DNA from: the human T2T-CHM13v2.0 reference genome, Homo sapiens
DNA: 64,000 bases
NCBI RefSeq assembly: GCF_009914755.1
Contig: NC_060938.1
Reading direction: 5' to 3' (one strand)
Below, piece after piece: positions 38,600 through 50,409 of the stretch. Within the stretch, counting starts at the first letter, position 1; every line of letters begins with the position of its first letter. Below the pieces are notes generated by a model that worked only from the letters and a program-made list of their open reading frames with translations, did not search any database and was not told where the DNA came from. Both the position numbers and the translations under genes were made by a program.

Positions 38600-39850
38600 G
38601 TAAAGGGGTGATATGGCTTGTGGATGTCAACCATATTCTCTTCTTGATCACCTCGCTGCTGGAACAATGGGCCATGGTCAGAGTAGAGTGGTCATGGAGG
38701 TTGAATAGATGCCATGAATGGGTCCAAGAACATGGACACTCTCTTTCACCAAAATCAATTCGGGTCTTGCCACTGTTAATCACCTAACTTGCCAACAGCA
38801 GAGACTATCGCTGAGTCTTTGAGATGGCACTGCTCTTGGAGAGATCAGGCAGCCATCCAGTGAGAGGTTGACCCCTCTGCTTTGGAGGGGATGGACATTC
38901 ATCCTTATCACCATTGATACTTGCTCTAGACATGAGTTTTCCTTCTCTGCCTGAAATTCCTCTGCCACTACCACCATATGAGGGCTTACAGATTTCCCAA
39001 TCCATCAACCTGCTTCTCACACACATTAGCTCAGAGTAAAGGACTCATTTTATGGCAAAGAATGTAAAATGATGGGCTCATTGGTCTTATTATATACCAT
39101 GCCACCCAGAAGCAGTCAACCTAGTGGAATGATGAGCTGGCCTGTTGAAAGCTCAGCTAAGGTGCCAGCTCAGAGATGACACCCTGTAGGGTTGGAAGTT
39201 GGAGCACTGCTTTCCAGGATGTGATACATATGCTGAATCAATACCAATCTATGGTTCAGTGTCCCCACATAACTAGAATATATGAGTCCAGGAACCAAGG
39301 GATAGAAGTAGAATTGATCCCTTTAGTTATCACTCCCAGGGACTTACTTGTGGAATTTGTATCTTACTGTTCCTGCAAACTTAAATTCTGCCAGTTTAGA
39401 GGTCTAAGTTTCCAGGAAGTAAATGCTTTCTCCAGTGGAGGTGGGAAAGGCTCCAGTGAACTGGAAGTTGTGACTATCACTCAGCTGTTTGGGGCTCCTC
39501 ATAACAGTGGACCAGCAGGCAAAGGAAAGAGTTGCCTTATGGCTAGAATAATTGGCCTTGATTACCATGAGAAGCTAGGGTTGCTGCAATGCAATGGGAG
39601 AAGATAAGAGTATGACTGCAACCCACGGGATTTGCTGGAAGTATCCCCCATACTTTTGTGCTCACTGATGATTGTAAATGGGCAGTTACAACAACCCAAA
39701 CCTAACAAATGCAAAGCAACTAACAACTCAGTCCCCTCGGGGTAGAGGTCTGGGTCACTCCATCAGACTACAGCACAGACTTACTGAACTGCTAGATGGT
39801 TGTTGGGGGGCACCTAGAGTGGGTGGTGGAAGTGAGATGCAAAATATCAA
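38600..39850 (+). mobile_element. ERVL-class internal remnant (integrase region)
   Basis: Broken frames resembling SGHGG..W.Q.HG..TK...CQQQR..LS..G...GDQ.A..W.VD....F.L..IDT.S...F.F.A (ERVL integrase). Confidence 0.7.
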
Positions 39851-40478
39851 TTAGGACTCTGGGATCAGCTGTGGCAGTGGAGATTTTCAGGAGATTGCAA
39901 TTGGCCATTGACACCAATTGCCAGGAAAGACTGCTCACTAACCTGAGGGAATCTGTAGGGCTTAGCTTCTCTGGTAGCTTCCTGAATGGGCTGAGTGACG
40001 CGACCTGGAAATGGAAGGATGCTTTGTTCCCATGCAGAAAACCCTGAGCAATGGAATTCTGAAGATGGTTATATGTGCTTATCCACTGGTGGAGCCATGA
40101 GTGGTGCTGCGTCCTCAATAGTTAGAATACATGGATGGGGCTTGGAGCCAGCATAAAGACAAAATCAGAATAGCTATTAATCCCATCCTGTAGAGATAAC
40201 CCCCATAATTATTTTGATGTAATTACTTCCAATTTTTTCCTGTGCATATATAAAATATATAGCTACAAAAGTGAGATTCTACTATAGGAAGATTTTCATA
40301 TTGCTTTGTAAAAGCATTACATTATATTGAATATATTGAATTTTCTTGAATTTTTCCATACTAAATGTTTTTAACACAAATTTTCATGAATTCAGAATAT
40401 TCAATCATACAAGTTTATCATAGAAGCTTTTCTCCATGTCTGGGATTCCAGATTTTTGTTATTGAAAATGCTGAGATT

Positions 40479-41177
40479 CAAACTATCATAAGGACAAAAA
40501 ACCAAACACCGCATGTTCTCACTCATAGGTGGGAATTGAACAATGAGAACACATGGACACAGGAAGGGGAACATCACACACCAGGGCCTGTTGTGGGGTT
40601 GGGGGGGGGGAGGGATACCATTAGGAGATATACCTAATGTTAAATGAAGAGTTAATGGGTGCAGCACACCAACATGGCACATGTATACGTATGTAACAAA
40701 CCTGCACGTTGTGCACATGTACCCTAATACTTAAAGTATGATAAAAAAAAAAGATAACCAAGAAAAGAATGTTGAATTTATAGACAGCAATTGTCCTTTT
40801 TGTAGAAAAATATTGAGCTCCTGTATTTCAGGTTAAAATGCATGTCAATTTTTCAGATGAAGTAACTGAACATATCAAGTAGTATCTTTAAGTCATATAG
40901 CTGGTAGAAGACTTGAAACTAGAAACCAGAGCTGAAATGAAGTCAAAAATTCTCACTTTGGTATGGTTTCATGTTTCTGAAAAAAAAAATCAAGTCATAC
41001 AGTGCATTAAAAAATTTTTCTGATATCTAAGACTATGATAGAAATTTCATATGTATATATGTGTGTGTGTATAATAAATCACTTTTTTAATACCTTTGAT
41101 ATATTAAATGCAAAGCAGAAATTATTTGGAAGATGAAATATATAGGAATAAATTATAAAAAGTAAAAAACATAAATA
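40479..41177 (+). mobile_element. 5'-truncated L1PA (40479-40752) plus 3'-transduced flank (about 40753-41177); TSD aaaatgctgagatt
   Basis: TSD at 40465-40478 and 41178-41191; second AATAAA at 41147-41152 followed by an A-rich tail. Confidence 0.85.
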
Positions 41178-41675
41178 AAAATGCTGAGATTAAAATTTTT
41201 ATGCATGAATCTTTTTGTGTGTCTTTGATTCTTTCTTAAAGATAAACTCCCAGCAATAGTTCACTTGGCCAAAGGTGTTCAGCACACCCTCAGAAATGAT
41301 GGGTGTTGCCAGCCTCAGGCTCTGGCTGTCCTGTCCCTTTCCTGCCCTGTTTTCTCTCCTCCAGTCAGTCTCCCATGACAAGGGTTTGTGTTGAGCAAGC
41401 TCTAGGTTTTGGTCTTCCTGCTGGTTTGGGTGAAGCCATTTGTGGATGGGTGTTGCTCATGCAGACCTTGTAGTGCTGTCTCTCCTCTAATCTGCTCTCA
41501 GTATCTGTTTGGTAACAATGAGTGAGTGGGAGGCAGTCTTCTCTGCATATCAGATGAAAGCTTCACAGAGGGAAGATCTTTTCTTATCGATGTGGGCTAT
41601 GAGGAGGGCCCTGTGTGGCATCAGCTGCCTTCTTTATATCATGTATCTAAACCATGGTCTTCAACGAAAGAGAGC

Positions 41676-41845
41676 CAGTGGTCTTCAACGAAAGACAGTG
41701 ATCTTTCTTTCCTCCTCCCTCCCTCGTCTGGGGACATTTAGCAATGCCTGGAGACATTTTGGTTGTCACAACTTTGCGGTGGAGAAGGGGTTGTTGCTTC
41801 TGGCATCTAGTAGGAAGAGGCCAGGGATGCTGTAAACATCTTATA
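41676..41845 (+). mobile_element. MER20 fragment
   Basis: ggggacatttagcaatgcctggagacatttttggttgtcacaac...gaggccagggatgctg. Confidence 0.8.
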
Positions 41846-42038
41846 TCTTGCTTATAATTCAAAATGTTCTTAGTGCTTCTGAATATTACTAAAGATAAAT
41901 CAGAATTGGTATAGGGTTGATGATTAAGGCAAAGAAGGATTTGGTGTCTTTTCTTAAGCTGGAAATATGGATCCTGCCTTTCCAGGGAAAATCTCTTCTT
42001 TTTCCTCATTTTTTTTTCTTCATTAATTCCTCTCTATT

Positions 42039-42070
42039 TCTCTCTCTCTCTCTCTCTCTCCCTCCCCCCC

Positions 42071-42112
<42 letters not shown>
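42039..42112. repeat. Compound (CT)n-C-rich-(CA)n microsatellite, i.e. (TG)n(GA)m on the CMA1 strand, just downstream of CMA1
   Basis: tctctc...cctcccccccc atacacaca... seen directly. Confidence 0.95.
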
Positions 42113-42115
<3 letters not shown>

Positions 42116-42226
42116 CTTCCAAATCCTTGGGTGCTTGGGCTGGGAATCAGGTCACTATGTGCAGGGAGAAGAGAGCAGCAGAGAGGGGACACACACTCAC
42201 GACTAGAAGCTGTGTCTTCACTGAGG

Positions 42227-42232
42227 TTTATT
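42227..42232 (-). terminator. CMA1: CMA1 polyadenylation signal AATAAA
   Basis: tttatt on + strand, about 140 nt after the stop codon. Confidence 0.9.
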
Positions 42233-42373
42233 GAGAGTTCTGTGACCTGTAGGATACTTCTGGAGGCTTAGGGTTGTGGCTGAGGGACCAAGGGTAGACC
42301 AGAATGAGTGGCACACACTTTGCTGCTCAGGTCCAGTTCCAGCTTCCCTTTCAGGCTGGCTCAGGATCCAGGA

Positions 42374-42517
42374 TTAATTTGCCTGCAGGATCTGGTTGAT
42401 CCAGGGCCGGTAATGGGAGATTCGGGTGAAGACAGCAGGGGGCTTTGCATCCGACCGTCCATAGGATACGATGCCCTGGGCCACCCCAGCACACAGAAGA
42501 GGGCCCCCAGAGTCTCC
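42374..42517 (-). CDS. CMA1: CMA1 exon 5 coding part (catalytic Ser, stop)
   Basis: ctacag|GGA GAC TCT GGG GGC CCT ... GCA AAT TAA. Confidence 0.98.
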   Translation of the reverse strand, partial: GDSGGPLLCAGVAQGIVSYGRSDAKPPAVFTRISHYRPWINQILQAN

Positions 42518-45093
42518 CTGTAGGGGGAGGAGAGAGAGAAGAAGGTGAGCCCGGGAAGTCCTCCACTCCTGTCTGCCAGCCAGCTTGGAGTCACAGTGAG
42601 ACCTAAAGTCAGACCCAGGAGGTGGAGCTCCTCACTTATACATCTAGTTCTGATGCCCCTTCTTCCTTTCTTGGGACCGTCATTCACATTCTCCACATCA
42701 CCCCATGCCCCCAGTGCAGTAGACTGGAATGGATGGTCAGAGGCTGTCTTGGACCACGGGAGGACAGCAATTCCTGTGATGCTCACCCTGTCACTGACTG
42801 ACAACCTTCTGACCCCATCTCCTTCTAAGAGCATTCTGGTCCCTGAACAGTGAGTTTTGGAGAGGAAACCTAGTTGGAGGATCACCTTAAATGCAGATTT
42901 TGTCTTCCTGGGATTGCCCACACACAGCTGAAGATTGTGGTCAAAGTCTCTGAAGTGGCTGCAGGCCTGGGGATCCATGAGTCTCAGCTTCACCTCTTGC
43001 AGAGTGTCTGAGCCCGGCTTCAACACACCTGTTCTTCCCCAGCCAGCCACCCGGCACATTCTCCCAGGTGGGACAAAGTTGAATTGTGATGGGAAGGGGA
43101 GTGTCCCCACAGCCAGGGTCAGGCTGGCTTTCTCCTTCAACTGTGAAGGGAATGAAGGACCGTCAGTCCTCGAAATGGGCTCTGGACAGTTGGAGGTGAT
43201 CAGGGAGGGACAGGGTGAGTAGCTTCATGTTATAGCCAAGTCCTAAGAAAAATTCAGGGCAATGAGGACCTGAAGGAGAAGCTTAGGAGAATGGGAAGTG
43301 GAAAGGGAGAAGAGAGGTGTTGTCACCTTTAGTAACATGATATCGTGGTGAAGAGTAGAAGTGTTATATTTTGGATGACGGAATTGCTTTATAACCTCAA
43401 GCTTCTGCCATGTGTCTTCTTCCTCTGTTATGTTATGGGCTCCAAGGGTGACTGTTATAGACCTGTTGTGAGGAAGAAGGAAGGAAAAGGAGCGACAGTG
43501 ATGGCTTGGGGTTTCTTCTGAGGTGAGCTCATTCTGAGAAAAGAGGACTAAACTCTGTCACTGGGTCGCCGGACTCTACCCATCTCCCTTTTCATGGGCC
43601 ACTTGTGGCATTTGAGGGCTCAGGCTTAACTCATGAAAGAGCTTTCTCAGGAAACAGACACAATTTCTACGACCCCTGGAATTGCTGGGGACTGAACAGG
43701 CCAGGGAGGACTCAGGGGACAGGGTTCACACTTCCTAATTCAGGGAACCCTGCATGAGGGCCAGCCCCTGAAGCAGGAGATATCAGTTAAACGGGAAAGT
43801 GGGGGTCTCATGTAGACCCTGTTCTCTGCCTCCCATAAAATGATGGGTTCAGGACCCTGAGAACTAGAGGCCAGTGTTCTTGAAAAGGCCATAGAGGAAG
43901 TGGCCCTGAGACTGGGTGGGGCCCTGAAAAGTGAGCCGTGTGTCTTGAGTTGGGTAGGGGTGAGGGGTGCTACTGCAACAAGAGGGACCTTGGACAGGAC
44001 CTCCTTTTCCTCCGAAGGGGAGCTTAGCTCACAGTGACTGAGGCTCAAGGAACTATTCAAACACAGACTAAAGTCTTTCAGCCCAAGTCTTCCCTCTCCT
44101 GAAAGTTGACAAGACCCAGGACCCCCTCTTCAGTCCCCAGTGCAGGTGTATTCCTGGATGCTACTCTGGTTGTTCATCTCCCATTTGGAGATAAATAGAC
44201 CCTGTTGTCTCACCTTCCTGCACAATGAGCAGCCGTCAGCACAAAGTTCCGTCTTATAAGGAAACCACCACAAAATTTTGAGGGACCGTTGGAAGTTACA
44301 ATTTCCAGGTAGGCCATGTAGGGGCGGGAATGTGGCTTGCATTCTGTGCCCCCGATGATCTCCCCTGGAACAGAGCACCCCAGGGTTTGAACACGGCCAT
44401 AGATACTCTCTCCAATGAATGGACAAATTGGGTTAAAGCTGAGCTAGGCTTCCCTGGAATCTCATTCTCACCCTGTGTTCCGCCCATCTTCCCTCTCCTG
44501 TCTCCTGTATTTCGTATCTTTCCCCACCCATAACCTCCCAGGTGAAATCTCATTCTTGCCTCTGCTCCATTCTGATGTTTTCATCTCAGACTTCTCCCAC
44601 TCCCACCTTGCCCTGGCCCACCCTCCTCTGTCTCTGTGTAGGACCCACTGTCCAGGTTCCTGTTTTAGATTTCTCCATAGCTCTTGAGCATGGTCACAGA
44701 GTGAGAAAGTCACAAAGTAATGGGTAGCCCTGATGCTCAGAAGATTAAGAGGACATGTCTGTTTTCCTGGGGATACCCCTTTTCCTTCCACTTGCTCTGG
44801 GCTTTTCTACAATTGAGGTGAAATTCCTTGTTCCTGGGGGCTGTCCTAGGCTGTAGAGAATGGCAGTGGGTGGGGGTGGGGGTGGGGTGGCACACATCCC
44901 AAGTGGAAATTTCCCTCTGGGACTCTTGAAGAGAGATCTTGGAACCCTGTTTAGGAGTCAGCTATTTTCAGACTAAACATCTTTGTTTCAGGAGCTGATA
45001 CTGCAGATTTCAGAGGGAAGAACCCTGATACTCACCAGCTTCAGCTCTGGAGCACAAGAGAAAGAGCAGCAGGGGGAGAGGAAGAAGCAGCAT
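42374..45093 (-). CDS. CMA1: Chymase 1 (mast cell alpha-chymase); join(45036..45093,44214..44364,43327..43462,42886..43140,42374..42517), 247 aa
   Basis: Spliced exons of 58+151+136+255+144 = 744 nt give [39 protein letters not shown]...LTAAHC...DIMLLKL...[47 protein letters not shown]. All introns are GT-AG and the triad H66/D110/S203 is present. The sequence matches human chymase as I recall it. Confidence 0.99.
42886..43140 (-). CDS. CMA1: CMA1 exon 4
   Basis: [38 protein letters not shown]...[13 protein letters not shown]|gtgat; seen in ORF 42361..43140. Confidence 0.98.
43327..43462 (-). CDS. CMA1: CMA1 exon 3 (catalytic Asp)
   Basis: caacag|G TCT ATA ACA GTC ACC CTT GGA GCC CAT ... 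GAT ATC ATG TTA CTA AAG|gtgac. Confidence 0.98.
44214..44364 (-). CDS. CMA1: CMA1 exon 2 (GE propeptide, IIGG N-terminus, catalytic His)
   Basis: ttccag|GG GAG ATC ATC GGG GGC ... GCT GCT CAT TGT GCA GGA AG|gtgag. Confidence 0.98.
45036..45093 (-). CDS. CMA1: CMA1 exon 1 coding part (signal peptide)
   Basis: ATG at 45093-45091; [19 protein letters not shown]+G, followed by phase-1 donor gtgagt. Confidence 0.98.
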
Positions 45094-45145
45094 CTTCCCA
45101 GAGAGGCTGCCTGAGCAAATGCTGGTTTTCCTTTCCAGTCTTGGG

Positions 45146-45255
45146 TTTTATAACTCCCAGAAGGCAAGAGAGGGGCAAGGCTGGTAACCACAGGAACTGC
45201 ATGGTCACGTTTTCTTCTCTCACTCTGAATTGGCTGTTTCTGATCAGAAGTTCCC
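45146..45255 (-). promoter_or_regulatory. CMA1: CMA1 proximal promoter: TATAAAA (45146-45152) and RUNX consensus TGTGGTT (45186-45192)
   Basis: TATA box about 53 nt upstream of the ATG; RUNX motif read directly. Confidence 0.85.
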
Positions 45256-46583
45256 CTAGAATCACCCAGTGTTTTTCTAGAAAGGAACTTGAGCCCTGAA
45301 CTCCCAAGTGCTGGCTTCTCAGATGTACCCTCAACTATGGTGACTTTTCTGGAGTTGGGGGCAGGAAATGGAGGGACCATGTTTTTCTTTCCCAATTAGG
45401 GCAGCTTGTGAAAGGCCCACTGAACGTTCAGTGCAAAGACTTTTATGGCTATGTTCCATAGTCAGAAATGCATATTGCAGAGTCCCAGTGCATGCACATA
45501 TGTATGTGTGAGTATGTAAGCACAAATTAAAGGTTTCAGGAAACAATCTTTATCTTAACCATGTGCAGTGTTTTCTGTTAGTTTCCATTCCACTCCACTC
45601 CACTCCATTCCACTACACGTCAAAACTTGAGCAACAACCCCATTTAAATGATAATTCCTTGTAATTTGAAAAACATTGACCTGGATCTCTCTCCTCCTCT
45701 GAACCACATGTTTTTGACAGAAGAGAGATCCAAGGAGGGTAGATGTGGGAAAAGAACAGACCCTAGGACAGAACTTTATGCAAAGAGCAATTGGGATTGG
45801 AATTAGCATTTTCTGAGAGTCTAGGCGTATCATATATTGTCACAACTCTTAGATATATTATTACTTTCACGGCAACCCTATCAATATGTATTACCATTAT
45901 GATCATTATCATGTCATGATAGTCAATTTTTTAAATCAGCTATCATAGCTTATGGTTCAGAAATAGATTTTCCTGATATCAAATCAAGGTCCCTTTCTGC
46001 TCTAGCACTAGAGAGAAATAGAGGAATAGAGTCCTGCCAATGTGCAGGGGAAGTAAAGATGTAGAAGGGTGTTTGCTCCAGAGAGGTTGGGGTTTCCTAC
46101 TGTTGCATTAAGAATCAAGCTTTCCACAACAACCTGGGGACACACCATTACTGTCACTTTACAATTGTAGAATTGATACTCAGACCCATTAACATGACAA
46201 AGATCACACACCTTATAATATCAGAAGTGGGTTTCAAGCACATAGCTTTTATTTTCCCTGGACTTACAGAAAGCAGTCCACATGGTGGACTGTCATTTCT
46301 CTTGGAGATTTATAAGGCATTTAGTTCAAAGACGGGGATGAGTAGTGTATAAGTGCCTTTCCCAAATCATCTCACTATGCCCTTGGTCTCAGGTTGGGCT
46401 TGTGACCAGAGTGATCCACTCCTTAGTATATATTGGCCAGGTCCTCTGTTGCTTTTAACTTAATTTCCCAAGTTCTACCTACAGCTCTAACTCTCTCTAG
46501 AATAAGACATTTAAACACATCCGTAATGTCTTTTCAAATCTGGTCTTCTTAAGTGTCCTTGTACCACTTTCTTCACTCTCTCG

Positions 46584-46766
46584 GGGGTTGCCAGAGAATA
46601 TTCAGAATGCCCAGTTAAATTTGTATTTCAGATGAACAACAAATCATTTTTTAGTTAAGTATGTCCAAATATTGAATGGGACACACTAATACTAAAAAAT
46701 TGTTGTTTATCTAAAATTTGAATTTAACTGGAATCCTGTATTTTTTATTTGCCAAAGTTGGCAACT
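46584..46766. mobile_element. MER53 (palindromic hAT MITE) in the CMA1 upstream region
   Basis: gggttgccag...ccagttaaatttg / aatttaactgg...ttggcaactc long inverted arms. Confidence 0.8.
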
Positions 46767-49075
46767 CTTCTCTGGGCATTTCACCATTAACAGAACAGAA
46801 GAGAATCCGGAGCTGGAGAACTCTTGTCTTGTGGTCTTACATCAGTTAGACCAAAAAATCAGAGGCTTAAACAAATCAAAGCTGTTTGCTTTCACTGATA
46901 TAATTAGAAATTGAGAGGCAGGTAGTCTGGGGCTAGTAAGACAGCTCCACAGCATCAAGATTCAGATCCACCAAGACTTAAGTTTTGCTTCACCTGCCTG
47001 GCTGAGGGTGAGGAAATGGAATAGGTATAGCCCCAGTCAGGGGACCAATTTCAGAAACGAGGACTGCACTATCTGCTCACATTTCCTTCTTTGCTTTGTC
47101 ATATGTATACCTGTGTATTTTAAGAGATTTCCTTTTTCTCTTTCTTCTTCCCCCTTTGGTTATTTTATATATAGCATGTTGGTAGTGAACTTTATGGTTT
47201 AGGGTACAGTTATCAAGTTGGGAGACTAGAGAATATCAAATTGAAAATGTGACCAAACTATTGTTGGAGCAGGTATCACCTAGAGACACAGTACTTGAAG
47301 TTAAAAGCAGTAACTGTTGAGACTGGGTTATTTCAGTTCTGCTGAGTCAAGTCTAATTTTCCTTTATATAAAAGATAGTAAAGATTATGTTCAGTGGGAT
47401 AATTTTTGTTCTTGGAAACTTTAAGTGTGGCAAAAGAATGAATGTTGATGTGGGGCAACCAAGTGATGGATTGTAGTGGACATTTTCCATTTATATGGCT
47501 CCTTAATGTCTCTGGAACACCCTTCCTGTATTAGAGGAATTCCCAATGATAACTTTGCCTTACTAAGGTAGAATCCACAAACTTCCATTCCCAGTTTCTC
47601 TTGCATTTAGGTCATGTGACTTAGACTCTGTTAATCAGATAAAGGGGTGTACAATTTGACTTAGAAGGGAGTAACATGAGGGAGCTATTATCATGTGGAA
47701 TTAATTCTTCTAGTGAGGGTGACTGGTAGAGGGGTCAGGGTTTGTGGAAATAATTGATGATTCAGATATCCAGTGCTGCCTAGAATGTTTGGGCCAAACA
47801 AGTGGTAGTAGGACCTTTGCTGCACAGTGTTATGGTGTATTTTGGACATTGCTTCTGGCTAGTTTGACTCTAGACATAATCCTACAGCATCTTGGGAAGC
47901 AGCTGTTGAGTATGTATAAGAAAGGACTTACTAACAATCTGTTGCTATAAAATAAATGTGTGATTAGTGGAGGTAAGTGATTTCTCATTGCGGCAGATAC
48001 TCAAGTAGAGGTTGAATCAAGTCTTGATTCACAGTTAGTAGGACAGAAAATTTGGGCCTGATGTAGAAGCACTGGCATTTAAATAATGGCAATGATTCCT
48101 TAGTAACTATAATGCAGAGGGATCATTCCTTCTCTGAGTTTCCGAACATTGTATTAACTGTGCTAGTATTCACTTTGACATTTAAGGCATGCAGTTTGCT
48201 CTGCAGTTAGATGGGGTGAGTTTGAATCTTGGTTCTGCCACTTAGCTATGTGTCTGAACTTAGGAAAAATTTTAAAGTTCTCAGCCTTAGTTACTGCATC
48301 CATAAAATATGAAGAATGATACAGTACAAGGATTTTTTTCAGAATTAAATATGATGCTCAATGTGAAATGCCACATGATTGGTTCTTAATAAACGTTGGT
48401 TTTATTCCTTTGTGTTTTACCTTGTGCTGCCATATCACCACTTGATGGATAATTGATAGATATATCCTCATTGGCTATAATTTTTTTGATGAAAGAATAA
48501 ATCTTATACTTCCTCTAAATTCTCCTAAACACATTACAGATTAACATCTGTTATGGAATTTGGTTATTTCATGCTTTGCATGTAACATCTTTTTTCTATT
48601 CATTCATGTGCTGCCAGGCTGTTTATTATTCTCTGAGTAATGACTGTGTCTTTCTTGATTGAGCATTTCTATGCAACTTGTTTTAACTCTCGAGTTGGCA
48701 GGTATAAAACACCTAGAAACTTTTGTTGCAGTCTCTTCTAAAGAACTCCTGTGGGTCAGGGACAGCTGATGGCATGGGCTCATACTGAGCAGTAGTGCAG
48801 TGGAGCAGACAGAGTACATCCTTCATGGCACTGGCAGATTTTCCTGAAGCAGGCTGGAGCTCACTCTGTGTTTGCCCTCGCAATAAGTCCTGCCTGTTTC
48901 TATAGTTTCTGAATGACCAAGTTTTTCTGAATTTAAGGTTTATGTTTAATAGCTGCTGGCTTACATTAAACATCTATAAAGCAATTTAAGAGAATTACTT
49001 TCAAATTGATTTATTTTACGATACTCTTGCCTTCACTCCTAACACAATAGCTCACTTTTGAATTACTGCACTCTG

Positions 49076-49215
49076 CACAATATTTCTGAGTGGACAGTGT
49101 ATCCAGGAGAATGAGATATGGAGAGATCCTTGGAGATTATTCCCAGTGTTGGGGCAGGAGGAAGATTTCTCAGCGTGTGTGTCCTTATTTCTTTTCCAGG
49201 CTCTTCAGCACAAAC
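49076..49215 (-). pseudogene. Relic exon 5 (very degenerate)
   Basis: tttttag|GTT TGT GCT GAA GAG CCT (eroded GDSGGP) ... ctccaaggatct...ATC TCA TTC TCC TGG ATA (PP..ISFSWI). The Trp codon is 110 nt from the acceptor versus 114 in CMA1. Confidence 0.35.
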
Positions 49216-49509
49216 CTAAAAACATTTTGCTTTTTTAAGGGGTTCTTCCTAAGATTTCTCTTTCCACTCACCATTTCTGCAATGGGCTAATATTAAAGTA
49301 GGGAGAGTCTCTGAGGGTGCCCTTTATCATAAGTTTGGGCAAAGCTCTTTATGTGGATGGTTTCTGCTGTAGTCTCTGAGATGCTACTGCTCCCATTATC
49401 ACTCTCAGCTTCACTCAGGCAGGCCTACTCCTTGGGTCATCATCTTCTGTAACACTGTAGCCATGATGATTTTATCTTTTCTGTGTGGGCTATGGGGGAG
49501 GTTGATAAG

Positions 49510-49782
49510 GCAACAACTATTCTTTCCATCCCAGGGGTCCACAAGATGCTTGTTTAATCTGTGGTTGGTGTCAGTGGTGGAGCTGGTGCTCACAGGCTCA
49601 GCCCTGATCCTCATCATCTTCACTTCTGGTTCCTGTGAGCCAAGCTGTTAGAGTATAGTTCCTGGATTGAAAGGAACTATACTCTAGTTGTATTCTAGAT
49701 GGTCCTGCAATGGCTTGATAGCTCCTTACTGGGATTACCATATTGTGGGATTTCTATATTGTGCTGGGGCCTTAAAGGGTGT
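49510..49782 (-). pseudogene. Relic exon 4 (degenerate)
   Basis: ag|+3 codons+AAG GCC (KA, 49773), CCC AGT AAG (PSK, 49733), ATC AAG CCA (IKP), GAA GTG AAG ATG (EVKM, 49626), TGT GAG CAC CAG CTC CAC CAC (CEHQLHH, cf. CESDLRHY), DPWDGKNS (49539, cf. DPEIKKTS). Confidence 0.45.
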
Positions 49783-49930
49783 CTCATTGGTCTAGTCATT
49801 CTTGGTTGCAAGGAGATTCCTTAGTCTCTTGAAGGGCAGATGCTGCCCAGGATGCAGGTATGGTTTTGGTAAGGCTGATGGGGTAGATAGTGTGAAAGGG
49901 CAAATTATGTGAGACTCATGAGGCAGGTGG

Positions 49931-50086
49931 TATCAACAGCATGTGTCCATGGCTACAGGGTAGAGCCAACCCTGCAGGGGTCGTTTAGGGATTTTTCAAT
50001 AGTGCTTCTTTCCAACCACATTTGGAAGCAAGGGCAGAGGGAGCAAATCAGGACAACGGACAGCTCCCAGCCCTTCACTTTTTTTT
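49931..50086 (-). pseudogene. Relic exon 3 (degenerate)
   Basis: ttcccag| + 16 nt + CTG GGA GCT (LGA; same 16-nt offset as CMA1 exon 3). ATC CCT AAA CGA CCC (IPKRP, cf. GZMB IPVKRP) at 49992-49978. GACACATGCTGTTG at 49947-49934 equals GACATCATGCTGTTG (DIMLL) minus one base. Confidence 0.55.
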
Positions 50087-50409
50087 CTGGGAAATGCCAG
50101 GTTTTTCAAAGAAAATGAGTTGGCCTCTAGGGAAGGTAAGGAGGATGGAAATGCAGGTCAAGAATGGCAAGATACAGGGGGAGTGGACATGGAGAGATGT
50201 ATTAATAAATTGCATATTGATTATGTATTAACTGGGATCCCTGTTAGGAAACTCCTCTCCCCCAACCTTTTTTCCCCCCTGAAACTTGAAGTTCTTTTTC
50301 AGAATTTCAAACATTCCCTTTAGTGATCTTTAATATTACCAAAGGTGGAGAAATCAATATTTCACTATCAGTTAATGACTGAAGTAAGGAAGTGGCACTG
50401 GCTGCTCAG

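Noticed and set aside
41655-41695. 17-bp direct repeat tggtcttcaacgaaaga
   Set aside because: Local duplication at the MER20 left end with no evidence of function
42361-43140. 259-aa ORF as a standalone protein
   Set aside because: It is CMA1 exon 4 reading through intron 4 into exon 5 out of frame
45584-45613. (TTCCA/CTCCA)n resembling satellite III
   Set aside because: Only about 6 units; ordinary simple repeat
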